Positions 8,549 through 16,312 of a DNA stretch of 18,270 nucleotides are shown here, piece after piece. Under the pieces are notes generated by a model. That model was not told where the DNA came from. It saw nothing but the letters and a program-made list of their open reading frames with translations, and made no database searches. Position 1 is the first letter of the stretch, and every line of letters begins with the position of its first letter. Location of the stretch: NCBI GenBank assembly GCA_016180085.1, contig JACPBX010000030.1, positions 1-18,270 of the forward strand, in the 5' to 3' direction. This stretch comes from Candidatus Woesearchaeota archaeon (GTDB lineage Archaea; Nanobdellota; Nanobdellia; Woesearchaeales; UBA10216). The translations under genes were made by a program, and so were the position numbers.

Positions 8549-9316
8549 TTACTCCGCCTTTTCCTTTGCCACGTCAACAATATCGTTTGGCGTCAGAAGG
8601 GCGACTCCCGCTTCCTTGCCTATGATTTCAACCTGCACTATCTTGCCCGGGTTGTCAAGGTCGACGTTTTTCCTCTCAACGACGTCAGTCAGCTTTATGA
8701 TGAGTTGGACCCCTTCAAGCTTGTCCCAGTGCCTCTTGTTCAGGCCCATCTTCCATTTCTCACTCTGCCCTATGCCCTGTGATGCAGCTCTTATGACATT
8801 CTGCATAGCCGCCACGTCAGAAGCGCACCACCGGTCTATCGGCGTGTAATGGTGCGTTACAGAGAAGAGGTTGGGGTTGCTCCTGCACAGGTTTCTTATC
8901 TTTGCAGTTGCCTTTTTTGCGTCAGAAACAGCAACCTTGAACAGTCCTTCCACCTCTGTCTGGCCTATTTGGGGTTTTTCGCCAGCCTGCTTCAGAACTT
9001 CGCGAAGCTCAAGCTCGGCTGTTCCCCTGTGGTTTGGGTCAAACGTTACAATCATATTTGCTGTGCCCCTAAGCGGTGTTGAGCCAAGCGGCGCTTGTTT
9101 GGCTGCTTTTGCAGCCCTGGCTGGCTTCCTTTTTGCAGCTTTAGCATGTCTGGCTGCCTTTGGCCTCGCCTTGGCCTTCTTAGAAACACTTCGCTTAACA
9201 GCCTTTCTAGCCGCCCTAGCCTTTGTTGCCGGCTTTCTGGCAGCTGCCTTTTTCCTTCCCTTTGCAGACTTAGGCCTGGACTTGCCAGACCTGCCTTTCC
9301 TTGCCTTTTTAGCCAT
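8549..9316 (-). CDS. THUMP-domain RNA-binding protein (archaeal Tan1/COG1818-like) with an N-terminal Lys/Arg/Ala-rich extension
   Basis: Start ATG 9316 is preceded by SD GGGGGTGA (9330-9323). The C-terminal ~170 aa have a ferredoxin-like + THUMP pattern (IVTFDPNH...EGLFKV...HHYTPIDRWC...KWKMGLNKR...VDLDNPGKIVQVEIIGKEAGVALL). There is no catalytic domain. Confidence 0.8.
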   Translation of the reverse strand: MAKKARKGRSGKSRPKSAKGRKKAAARKPATKARAARKAVKRSVSKKAKARPKAARHAKAAKRKPARAAKAAKQAPLGSTPLRGTANMIVTFDPNHRGTAELELREVLKQAGEKPQIGQTEVEGLFKVAVSDAKKATAKIRNLCRSNPNLFSVTHHYTPIDRWCASDVAAMQNVIRAASQGIGQSEKWKMGLNKRHWDKLEGVQLIIKLTDVVERKNVDLDNPGKIVQVEIIGKEAGVALLTPNDIVDVAKEKAE

Positions 9317-9322
9317 GAACAT

Positions 9323-9407
9323 TCACCCCCTCTTATATGTGCTCCCCACGCTATCCCATTATATTAACTTTTCGCTTTTCTCGACATAAGCTGAAAAAAT
9401 TTATATA
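9323..9407. promoter_or_regulatory. Divergent BRE/TATA promoters for the THUMP and ASADH-like genes
   Basis: - strand: GCGAAAAG-TTAATATAA (~9375-9359) plus SD GGGGGTGA. + strand: CTGAAAAAA-TTTATATA (TATA 9400-9407), ~28 nt before ATG 9435. Confidence 0.6.
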
Positions 9408-9434
9408 GCAATTGAGCCTCCCAAAAAGGCAGCC

Positions 9435-10616
9435 ATGAAAACTGTAAGGGTTGGCATTCTGGGTTTTGGGCCTGTAGGCAGGACAGCTGCGAGGCTTCTT
9501 AATGGCGCTGAAGGCTATGAAGTAACTGTTGTTACAGAAGCTGATGAGCTGTCAGGAACTCCTGTCTCGGACAGGTGGAACTTGAGGGAAGGCGCCTGGG
9601 CAAAACTCTACAGCAGGCCTGCCGCGCCTTGCCCTGAGAACGTGGCCGGCCTAAAGTTTTCCAGAACAAGCCTGGAATCCCTTAAGGGGAATGTGGATGC
9701 TGTTGTTTCAGCGCTGCCGGATGCAGTTGCTGCAAAGGTAGAGTTTCCCCTAGCCATGCAAGGCATAGCCGTTTCTTCGCATTCTGAATATAACAGGTGG
9801 AATCCGCAGGCGAGGCTGGTGAACCCGGCAGTGAATTTTCATGACATAGAGAAAGCAGCTTTACCTTCTGCCTTGCCTTTTGTGGTAACGCCGAATTGCA
9901 CAATCCCTCTTTTCGTGCCAATTCTGGCATACCTGATAAACCGGGATTTTAGTGTCGGGAGCGTAACGGTTACCACTCACCAGGCCAGGTCTGGAAAAGG
10001 TGATGCTGCCCTAGATCCGGGTTATCTTGCCAGCACAGCGCACGCTGTATTCAACGACTGGAAACTGTCCTTCTCGGGTTTGAGCGGAGAGGAGTGGGCC
10101 ACGACGGCTGAGCCGTGGAGAATGCTGGGGCAGGTTGCCAGTATGGTGGAAGCTCAATCGGCTTACAGAAGGATAGCTGGAGGGTTCTCTGGCCGCTGCA
10201 CGCCAATATTCGCGCACACACACCGAAGCCAGGCTGAGGTTGGGCACGCTGCTGTGGTCACCACGGAGTTTAACGGCCTTGGCAGGAGTATTTATGCCAG
10301 GGAAATAGAGGACATAATTCTCTCTCACAGAATGCCAGCTGCCGCTTCTTCGCTGCAATTCGGAACAGACAGGTACTTTAGGCAGGGTGCCTGGGGTTTG
10401 GATACCAGGCAGCTCAATAGCGATAATGAACGGAGCGTGCTCGTAGGGGATTTCAGGCAGGAGGGGCAGAGGCGGATATCCGTCCGGACGGCTGTCAATA
10501 ACCTTGTGGCTGGCGCAGCCGGCAATGCGTTGTGGTGCCTGGAAGCGTTGATGGCAATCAGGTCAGAAGCAACCAGGCGGACTATGTCTTATGAAGCTCA
10601 TCCAGGAACCGCCTGA
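9435..10616 (+). CDS. Divergent aspartate-semialdehyde dehydrogenase (ASADH)-family oxidoreductase, archaeal type; substrate uncertain
   Basis: Collinear with recalled archaeal ASADH: Rossmann GILGFGPVG, VDAVVSALP, RLVNPAVN, catalytic TPNC (Cys 9897), TTHQARSGKG, EEW...E..RMLG, HR...VGH (His 10245), VLVGDFR, NNLVAGAAG. Confidence 0.75.
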   Translation: MKTVRVGILGFGPVGRTAARLLNGAEGYEVTVVTEADELSGTPVSDRWNLREGAWAKLYSRPAAPCPENVAGLKFSRTSLESLKGNVDAVVSALPDAVAAKVEFPLAMQGIAVSSHSEYNRWNPQARLVNPAVNFHDIEKAALPSALPFVVTPNCTIPLFVPILAYLINRDFSVGSVTVTTHQARSGKGDAALDPGYLASTAHAVFNDWKLSFSGLSGEEWATTAEPWRMLGQVASMVEAQSAYRRIAGGFSGRCTPIFAHTHRSQAEVGHAAVVTTEFNGLGRSIYAREIEDIILSHRMPAAASSLQFGTDRYFRQGAWGLDTRQLNSDNERSVLVGDFRQEGQRRISVRTAVNNLVAGAAGNALWCLEALMAIRSEATRRTMSYEAHPGTA

Positions 10617-13101
10617 GGGTCTTTGTTACATTCTCCGGCTGCGTCCTTAACACATCAACTACTTTAGCAAGAACATCACCATCATACCTTGCGGTTGAAT
10701 TAAGCTGCGGATCTACCTGCTTGCCTTTCTTCACAGCAGCCTTCCACTTCCCAAACAGCTCCTCAACCCTTCCGGGCACCTGGCTGGGTTCGCAGTTTAG
10801 CAGCTTGGCAGCCTCGGCAACGATGTTTTCCTTCGCAGCAGCTGCTGATGACTCCGCCTTTCCAGCAACGTATTCAAGCCTTACAATTCCGTCCTGTATC
10901 TTGCTGCTGCGGAAAATCTTCACCCTGCCAACCTCTGCAGTGTGGTTGAGGTGCGTTCCCCCGCATGCCTCAACATCCAGGCCCTCCACGTCAACAATCC
11001 TGAGCAGCTTTCCAGGCACCACTCCTCCCTGGTAGATTGAGAAACCGTATTTTTGTTCAGCCTCTGTCCTCGGCACAAACGATTTGTGAACTGGCACGTC
11101 AGCAGCAATAATTTTGTTTGCCTCTTCCTCAATCTGATGCAGTTGTTGCTCGCTTAGCTGCTCATAATGGGTAATGTCTATTCTGGCTTTGTCAACGAAC
11201 TTGGCTGCTCCAGCCTGCCAGACGTGGTTGCCAAGCAGCTTTCTGCATATGCCGTTTAAAATGTGAGTTGTAGTGTGGTGCTGTGCGAGCTGCTGCCTTC
11301 TTTCCCAATTGATTTGGCAATCGACTTTTTGTCCTGCTTTTAATCCGCGGTTATTGTCCCTGAGGACATGCACTACAACATTGCCCTGCTTGAAAACATC
11401 AGCTACTTCGCATCCGCCCATCTTTCCGGTGTCGTGCTCCTGCCCTCCTGATGTTGGGTAGAAGTATGTCTGGTCAAGCACAACGTATTTGTCATCAATG
11501 ATTTTCTGAATAGTTGCGGTAAAATCAACAACGGTATAATCAGCGTAGTAAAGCACTTTAGTTGCCGGGACATCAGCCAAATCGAGCTTCACGTCCCTTT
11601 TTGTGGCAGTGGTTGCATCGGCGGGCTTTTCATTCCCGTGCCTCTCTGCAACCAGGGCATAGAAATTGTCAGGTACAGCAACAGCCTTCCCAAGCTTTTT
11701 AGCCTCTTCTCTAATCAGGTCAGGGCTTATCCCGTTGCTGTCGTAAAGCTGTATTAGTTTCTCTTCCCCGATTTCTCCGCCCTTGCTGAGTAAATGCTGC
11801 ACCAGCTGGGCGCTCCTCTTCTTTGTCTCGGCAAATTTCCTTTTTTCAACATCCAAGATTTCTGCAACTTCATTCAAGTTATCGCCGAGTTCCGGGAACT
11901 GCGGCTTCAGGTAAGCAGCGTGAAGCTCGAACAGCTTCGCCATATCAATCTGCCAGCCGTAGCTGTCAATGAACGACAATGCTCTCCTTAGAATGACCCT
12001 TAGGTTGTAGCCGCCTGCAACGTTGCTCGGCAGCACTCCATCGCTTAAAGCAACAAGCAGGCTCCTGGAATGTTCAGCAACAGAGTAAAGCGCTGACAGC
12101 GGCAATATTGTTTTTTTTAGTTCAGCAGCAGTGATGCTGATTTTCTCTGCTACTGTTTGCCATGCCTTGTCTATGTTTTCCACTTCGTCAATGTTCAAGT
12201 ATGAGCTATACGGCAAAAAGCGCTGCAGCAGCTGGGACTCAACCTTTACTCCAGTGATTTCCTGCAGTTTTTTGACAACAGTAGGGAAAGTTGTTTCGTA
12301 GCTTGTTGGGGCTGCTCCGGTGAACCATGCGTTCCTTTCCTGGCCCATGCCCATGTCAAGGACTTTAAGCTTTAGCTCCTTGTTACCTTCAGGCGTTACC
12401 TCATACATCATGTAAACCTGGTTTCCCAACTCCAGGCCCCGGCTGAAATACTCCATGCACGGCCCGAAGTTCCCACCCCCTGCCCATGCGTCTTCATGAT
12501 AAGTTATTTCCTTATTGGGCAGCCCGAGCCCATCTCGCAGCCACGAATGAATGTCCCTGAAGTAGTCAGACTGCCTCCACTTTTCTGGAGGCATGAAGGC
12601 ATGCTGGCCTATCATCACAAACCCGGTATAGTGGGCTCCGGTAATGCCAACATTGTCTATGTCATTAAACCGCAAACAGAACTGCGGCACAACAAGCGGG
12701 TTTGCCGGAGGCTCTACCTCTCCTGAAACAACGTAGGGCTGGAAGTCGTAGATGCTTGCCTGCACGAAGTCAGTGTCATCCCTCCATCGGGCAGCAACAG
12801 GATATCTTCGTATTGGCGTGTAGCCGAGCTTTTTGAAATGGCTGGCAAATTCCTGCCAAGCCTCGACATAACCAAGCTTCTTCTTGGCAGGCGAGCTGCC
12901 TATGAACTTGAACCCCCCACTGCATGCCGGGTCTCCGCACACCTTTGAATCGGGAAGAACACTCCAGTAGAACCTGCTGCAGCTGCCGCACTGTTTTCTG
13001 GCAAAGCCCTCTTCCTTCAGGACAGAGGTGGCGTAGTATTTGTCCGGCTCCAGAGACGCCTTTTTCCTGAATTCGAGCTTGATTTCCTTGTCTGATGGCA
13101 T
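10582..13101 (-). CDS. alaS: Alanine--tRNA ligase, archaeal type (~839 aa), shortened C-terminus
   Basis: N-terminal Zn finger (CGSC...CGDPAC), QPYVVSG, QFCLRFNDIDNVG, HEDAWAGGGNFGPCMEYF, LDMGMGQER, FYPTSGGQEHD, editing motifs QHHTTTH and EACGGTH, IQDGIVRLEYVAG. ATG 13101 (MPSDKEIK) is preferred over GTG 13116 because the TATA box is ~25 nt upstream. Confidence 0.97.
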   Translation of the reverse strand: MPSDKEIKLEFRKKASLEPDKYYATSVLKEEGFARKQCGSCSRFYWSVLPDSKVCGDPACSGGFKFIGSSPAKKKLGYVEAWQEFASHFKKLGYTPIRRYPVAARWRDDTDFVQASIYDFQPYVVSGEVEPPANPLVVPQFCLRFNDIDNVGITGAHYTGFVMIGQHAFMPPEKWRQSDYFRDIHSWLRDGLGLPNKEITYHEDAWAGGGNFGPCMEYFSRGLELGNQVYMMYEVTPEGNKELKLKVLDMGMGQERNAWFTGAAPTSYETTFPTVVKKLQEITGVKVESQLLQRFLPYSSYLNIDEVENIDKAWQTVAEKISITAAELKKTILPLSALYSVAEHSRSLLVALSDGVLPSNVAGGYNLRVILRRALSFIDSYGWQIDMAKLFELHAAYLKPQFPELGDNLNEVAEILDVEKRKFAETKKRSAQLVQHLLSKGGEIGEEKLIQLYDSNGISPDLIREEAKKLGKAVAVPDNFYALVAERHGNEKPADATTATKRDVKLDLADVPATKVLYYADYTVVDFTATIQKIIDDKYVVLDQTYFYPTSGGQEHDTGKMGGCEVADVFKQGNVVVHVLRDNNRGLKAGQKVDCQINWERRQQLAQHHTTTHILNGICRKLLGNHVWQAGAAKFVDKARIDITHYEQLSEQQLHQIEEEANKIIAADVPVHKSFVPRTEAEQKYGFSIYQGGVVPGKLLRIVDVEGLDVEACGGTHLNHTAEVGRVKIFRSSKIQDGIVRLEYVAGKAESSAAAAKENIVAEAAKLLNCEPSQVPGRVEELFGKWKAAVKKGKQVDPQLNSTARYDGDVLAKVVDVLRTQPENVTKTLRRFLDELHKT

Positions 13102-13125
13102 TGCGAAGAAGTGCACTTGCCGTTC

Positions 13126-13160
13126 TTTTAAATCTTGTGCATAGGTAAAAAATATAAATA
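13126..13160. promoter_or_regulatory. Divergent TATA boxes for alaS and the desaturase (both probably leaderless)
   Basis: - strand TTTAAAAG (13133-13126), ~25 nt before ATG 13101. + strand GGTAAAAAATATAAATA (13144-13160), ~24 nt before ATG 13184. Confidence 0.6.
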
Positions 13161-13183
13161 GGGCTGACAGAGCATTGATCGTT

Positions 13184-14227
13184 ATGGATTATGTTGAACT
13201 GAAAAAGCAGGTGGTAGATGCTGGGCTGCTGGAGCGGCAATACAGCTACTACGCCATAAAGGCAGCAGTAACGCTTGGACTGCTAGCTGTGAGCATATTA
13301 ATTCTGCTTAACATTGACAACCTTGCAGTGCAGTTGCTGAATGCTGTGCTGGCGGCTTTTGTCTTTGTTCAGTGCGGCATGCTTATGCACGACGCAGGCC
13401 ACAGGCAGATTTTTAATGCTGACTGGAAAAATACGCTTGCAGGCCTGATTGCCGGCAATCTTGCTACTGGCACGAGTGTTTGGTCTTGGATGAGCGGTCA
13501 CAACAAACATCACGGCTCCCCAAATGACTTAGATGAAGATCCTGATGTCAATATTCCTTTTCTTGCATATTCTGAGGGGCAGGCTCTTAAGAAGAAGGGA
13601 ATGGCTGCTTTTATTACGAAGTATCAGGCGTTCTTCTGGCTTCCTCTCATGGCCATAGCCGCGTTCAGCATCAGGACCAACCACACTGTAAACCTCGCTA
13701 AAGCGTTCATTAAGAATGCCAAGAGCAAAAGTGGATTGTACTACGCTCTTGAGATTTTTCTTATTGCCGTGAGCATGACCGCATATTTTGGCTTAATCTT
13801 TTTCTCCCTCGCATGGTGGCAGGCTCTTACTTTTTTCATAATCAATTATGCGCTTACTGGACTCTATATTGGCACTGTCTTTGCAACCAACCACAAAGGC
13901 ATGCCCCTTTTGACAGAGAAGACGCGTCAAGATTTCCTCCGTATACAAGTGCTCACAGCCAGGAATGTGAAGGGAAGCCCTCTAATTGACCTTTGGACTG
14001 GCGGGCTTAACTACCAGATTGAGCACCACCTCTTCCCGACCATGCCAAGGAACAACCTGAGCAAGGCTCGTGCTTTGGTCAAGCTCTTCTGCAATGAACG
14101 CGGCATAGAATATTATGAAACAGGATTCTTCAGGTCATACAAGGAAATACTGCAGAACTTCCACAGAACAAGTGCTGTGCTGCGCAAGCCAAGAGCCAAT
14201 GGCGGCAATGCTGTAAGCGCAGCATAG
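13184..14227 (+). CDS. Membrane fatty acid (acyl-CoA/acyl-lipid) desaturase, front-end type, without cytochrome b5 domain
   Basis: Three His boxes: HDAGH (13388-13402), HNKHH (13499-13513) and QIEHHLFP (from 14015). Also GGLNYQIEHHLFPTMPRNNL, DEDPD after box 2, and multiple TM segments. ATG 13184 fits the TATA spacing better than TTG 13175. Confidence 0.92.
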   Translation: MDYVELKKQVVDAGLLERQYSYYAIKAAVTLGLLAVSILILLNIDNLAVQLLNAVLAAFVFVQCGMLMHDAGHRQIFNADWKNTLAGLIAGNLATGTSVWSWMSGHNKHHGSPNDLDEDPDVNIPFLAYSEGQALKKKGMAAFITKYQAFFWLPLMAIAAFSIRTNHTVNLAKAFIKNAKSKSGLYYALEIFLIAVSMTAYFGLIFFSLAWWQALTFFIINYALTGLYIGTVFATNHKGMPLLTEKTRQDFLRIQVLTARNVKGSPLIDLWTGGLNYQIEHHLFPTMPRNNLSKARALVKLFCNERGIEYYETGFFRSYKEILQNFHRTSAVLRKPRANGGNAVSAA

Positions 14228-14282
14228 CCGGCTTATGCTTGCAATAGACTGGTGCACTAAATCATCTTCAAATCTTTCGATA

Positions 14283-15440
14283 TCAGTTCATTTGAAAAAT
14301 GGTGTAAGCCTTCAATTCTGAGTATACAGGAAAGTTTTTCTGCAGGATTTCAAGCTCTCCTGTTTCCTGCAGCGTTTTGGTCCTTATCTTGCAGTCCTTG
14401 CAGAAGATGACGTAGCTCGTGTTAGTCTCGCGCCGTAAGTACGCAAGGTACTCATCTTCTTCCCACTCGTGCTGGTAAAACTGCCCTTCAAAGTATGGCG
14501 ACAGTGAAGTAACCATGCCTTTAATCGGGAAGGAGTATATCCAGTTCCTGCAGTCATCAACTATACGGATGTTACCAGGCAGGCTTGGAATCTCACCATA
14601 GGTTTCCCTGTAGTAGCATGCCATTCCTTCCTTCCACCCCATCTCGAACGGCACAAAGAAAACCGGATAGATGAACAGCATCCCAGCTATTGTAATGTAG
14701 TAGGCGTTCCTCAGGTTCACGAATCTTGCAGTAAACTTTGGCACAAACTCAGCAACAAAAGGAAAAAACAGCACTACGGACCTTATGAGCAGGTCAAGAA
14801 GGTTGTCAAACTCAAACGTGACAGCGCCTGCAAAGAAAACGTATTTGGTGACAAGCAGCTGGACCAGCAGGACAATAATGCTTCCAAGAAAAAGCAGCGG
14901 CCTGCCAAGGAATATTGTTGCAAGGTTGGTCACGGCAACATACGGGTGGTTAAGCCCGGCAATCATAATCGACAGGTCCCCAAAAATGCCTTTGCTGTTG
15001 CTTTTAATGAAATAAATCCCAAGGTAAAACAGGAACATCGAGAAGAGGTATGTGTAGGAGTCCGGCAGCAGAATCTTGATGAAAATAAGCCCGAACCAGA
15101 AAAACAGGACGTTTTTGTTTCTGAAAATCTTAAGGGAAAGCAGCACTATTCCAAGAAACATCAGGACTTCAAGGGCTTTGATTGCTGATTTTTGAAAAAC
15201 AAACCACCCCAGGCCGGCAACGGCATAGGAGAATGCGCCAACCCCGTAAAGCGGCTGGTGGCCGCTAAGCATCGAGAAGTCCTCCTGCAGGACAACCTTG
15301 TTTTGCATCATGTGATTAAAAAGCCAAGCTTCGTGGATATGCGTGTATATGTCAGAGCCCGGAAGGGCAAGGACAGCAATGACGATTGCTGACAGGAGAA
15401 GCAGCTGCGGCAGAGTAAGCAGGATCTGCTGGCTTTTCAT
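14283..15440 (-). CDS. Polytopic membrane protein, possibly GT-C-fold glycosyltransferase (PTPS-related/YfhO-like)
   Basis: N-terminal TM, then a loop with DIYTH...SGHQPLYG, many hydrophobic helices, and a soluble C-terminal domain (~100 aa, Cys-containing). The family call rests on architecture only. Confidence 0.5.
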   Translation of the reverse strand: MKSQQILLTLPQLLLLSAIVIAVLALPGSDIYTHIHEAWLFNHMMQNKVVLQEDFSMLSGHQPLYGVGAFSYAVAGLGWFVFQKSAIKALEVLMFLGIVLLSLKIFRNKNVLFFWFGLIFIKILLPDSYTYLFSMFLFYLGIYFIKSNSKGIFGDLSIMIAGLNHPYVAVTNLATIFLGRPLLFLGSIIVLLVQLLVTKYVFFAGAVTFEFDNLLDLLIRSVVLFFPFVAEFVPKFTARFVNLRNAYYITIAGMLFIYPVFFVPFEMGWKEGMACYYRETYGEIPSLPGNIRIVDDCRNWIYSFPIKGMVTSLSPYFEGQFYQHEWEEDEYLAYLRRETNTSYVIFCKDCKIRTKTLQETGELEILQKNFPVYSELKAYTIFQMN

Positions 15441-15462
15441 GGCAAAAAGCCGCGCAGCTTGT

Positions 15463-15512
15463 TATTTAAACGTTTGCTTGGCTTCCAAAGAAGTTGGAAA
15501 GATATTTATATG
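15463..15512. promoter_or_regulatory. Divergent TATA boxes with an intervening inverted repeat
   Basis: - strand TTTAAATA (15470-15463), ~23 nt before ATG 15440. + strand TTTATATG (15505-15512), with SD-like GGTG 15541-15544 before ATG 15549. TTCCAA-N5-TTGGAA at 15483-15499. Confidence 0.6.
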
Positions 15513-15548
15513 CTGCTTATTAGCCTGACACAAAAAAGATGGTGCTTT

Positions 15549-16310
15549 ATGGTTGACTTTTCAGGTTTCCTGCCGGCAGTTGGAGGCGCGTTTGTTGACT
15601 GGATTAGGATATTCGCAGCGCCTTTTGAGAACCCTGACATGCTCTGGATTATTATTCCGATATGGGCTTCCTGGTTTTTCGCTGAATTCTTCCAAGAGAA
15701 AAAGGGCACAAGCTTTGGGAATGCAATAAGCAACGGCGTTGTTATGCTGTTTGTTGGCGTTGACTGGGTGAGGTACATAATCCGCCAGGTCGGCTTAGGA
15801 ACCGCATCCTTAGACGTAGCGTCGCTTATCAAGCTGTCAATAGCTGCGTTCATAATAATTTTTGGGCTGTCAATAATCTTCCTTGGAGTGAAGGCTAAGC
15901 CGGTTGTGAGGGCGATAGGCAGAGTGAGGGAGGTCACTTACCTCATGCTTATGTTCACGCCAGTCATTTACGGTGTTGTCGATTTCAGTTTTAGGACCCT
16001 TCTCGTCATCCTCGCCTTCCTGCCGCTTTTTTACATAGCAATCGAGCTGCTTGACAGGATGCTTCCCACCCCCAGGACATTTGAGGCTGAGGAAGAGGAG
16101 AAGGATTTAAGCAAAGACCTGGGCCTTGGCTCCATGGGGGGCATAGGTGGTGATTTCGGCCAGGACGTTTTCGGCTCAGGCCAGCTGGGCCAGCAGCGTG
16201 GGCAACAGCAGCCAGTATGGCCTCGGCAGCAACAGCCGTTTTATCCCAGCCATCCAAGCCAGCCTTTCGCGAGGCAGCCCCAGCAGCAGAAAGGGAAGAG
16301 ATTATTTTAG
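15549..16310 (+). CDS. Hypothetical polytopic membrane protein with acidic, Gly-rich and Gln/Pro-rich C-terminal tail
   Basis: ATG 15549 is chosen from the TATA/SD positions; the ORF-track start at 15459 lies in promoter sequence. About 5-6 hydrophobic segments, then EAEEEEK, a Gly-rich stretch and QQQP-rich repeats. Confidence 0.7.
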   Translation: MVDFSGFLPAVGGAFVDWIRIFAAPFENPDMLWIIIPIWASWFFAEFFQEKKGTSFGNAISNGVVMLFVGVDWVRYIIRQVGLGTASLDVASLIKLSIAAFIIIFGLSIIFLGVKAKPVVRAIGRVREVTYLMLMFTPVIYGVVDFSFRTLLVILAFLPLFYIAIELLDRMLPTPRTFEAEEEEKDLSKDLGLGSMGGIGGDFGQDVFGSGQLGQQRGQQQPVWPRQQQPFYPSHPSQPFARQPQQQKGKRLF

Positions 16311-16312
16311 CC

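Noticed and set aside
8094-8849. ORFs 8094-8525 (-) and 8343-8849 (+) spanning the convergent intergenic region
   Set aside because: They are shadow frames of real genes plus the low-complexity terminator tract.
8871-9389. 172-aa + strand ORF (and 9095-9367) antisense to the THUMP gene
   Set aside because: The hydrophobic F/L/A pattern is the reverse-complement shadow of Lys/Ala codons. There is no promoter or SD support.
16280-16310. C-terminal QQKGKRLF as a PCNA-binding motif
   Set aside because: It lacks the hydrophobic residue at PIP position 4 and sits on a membrane protein.
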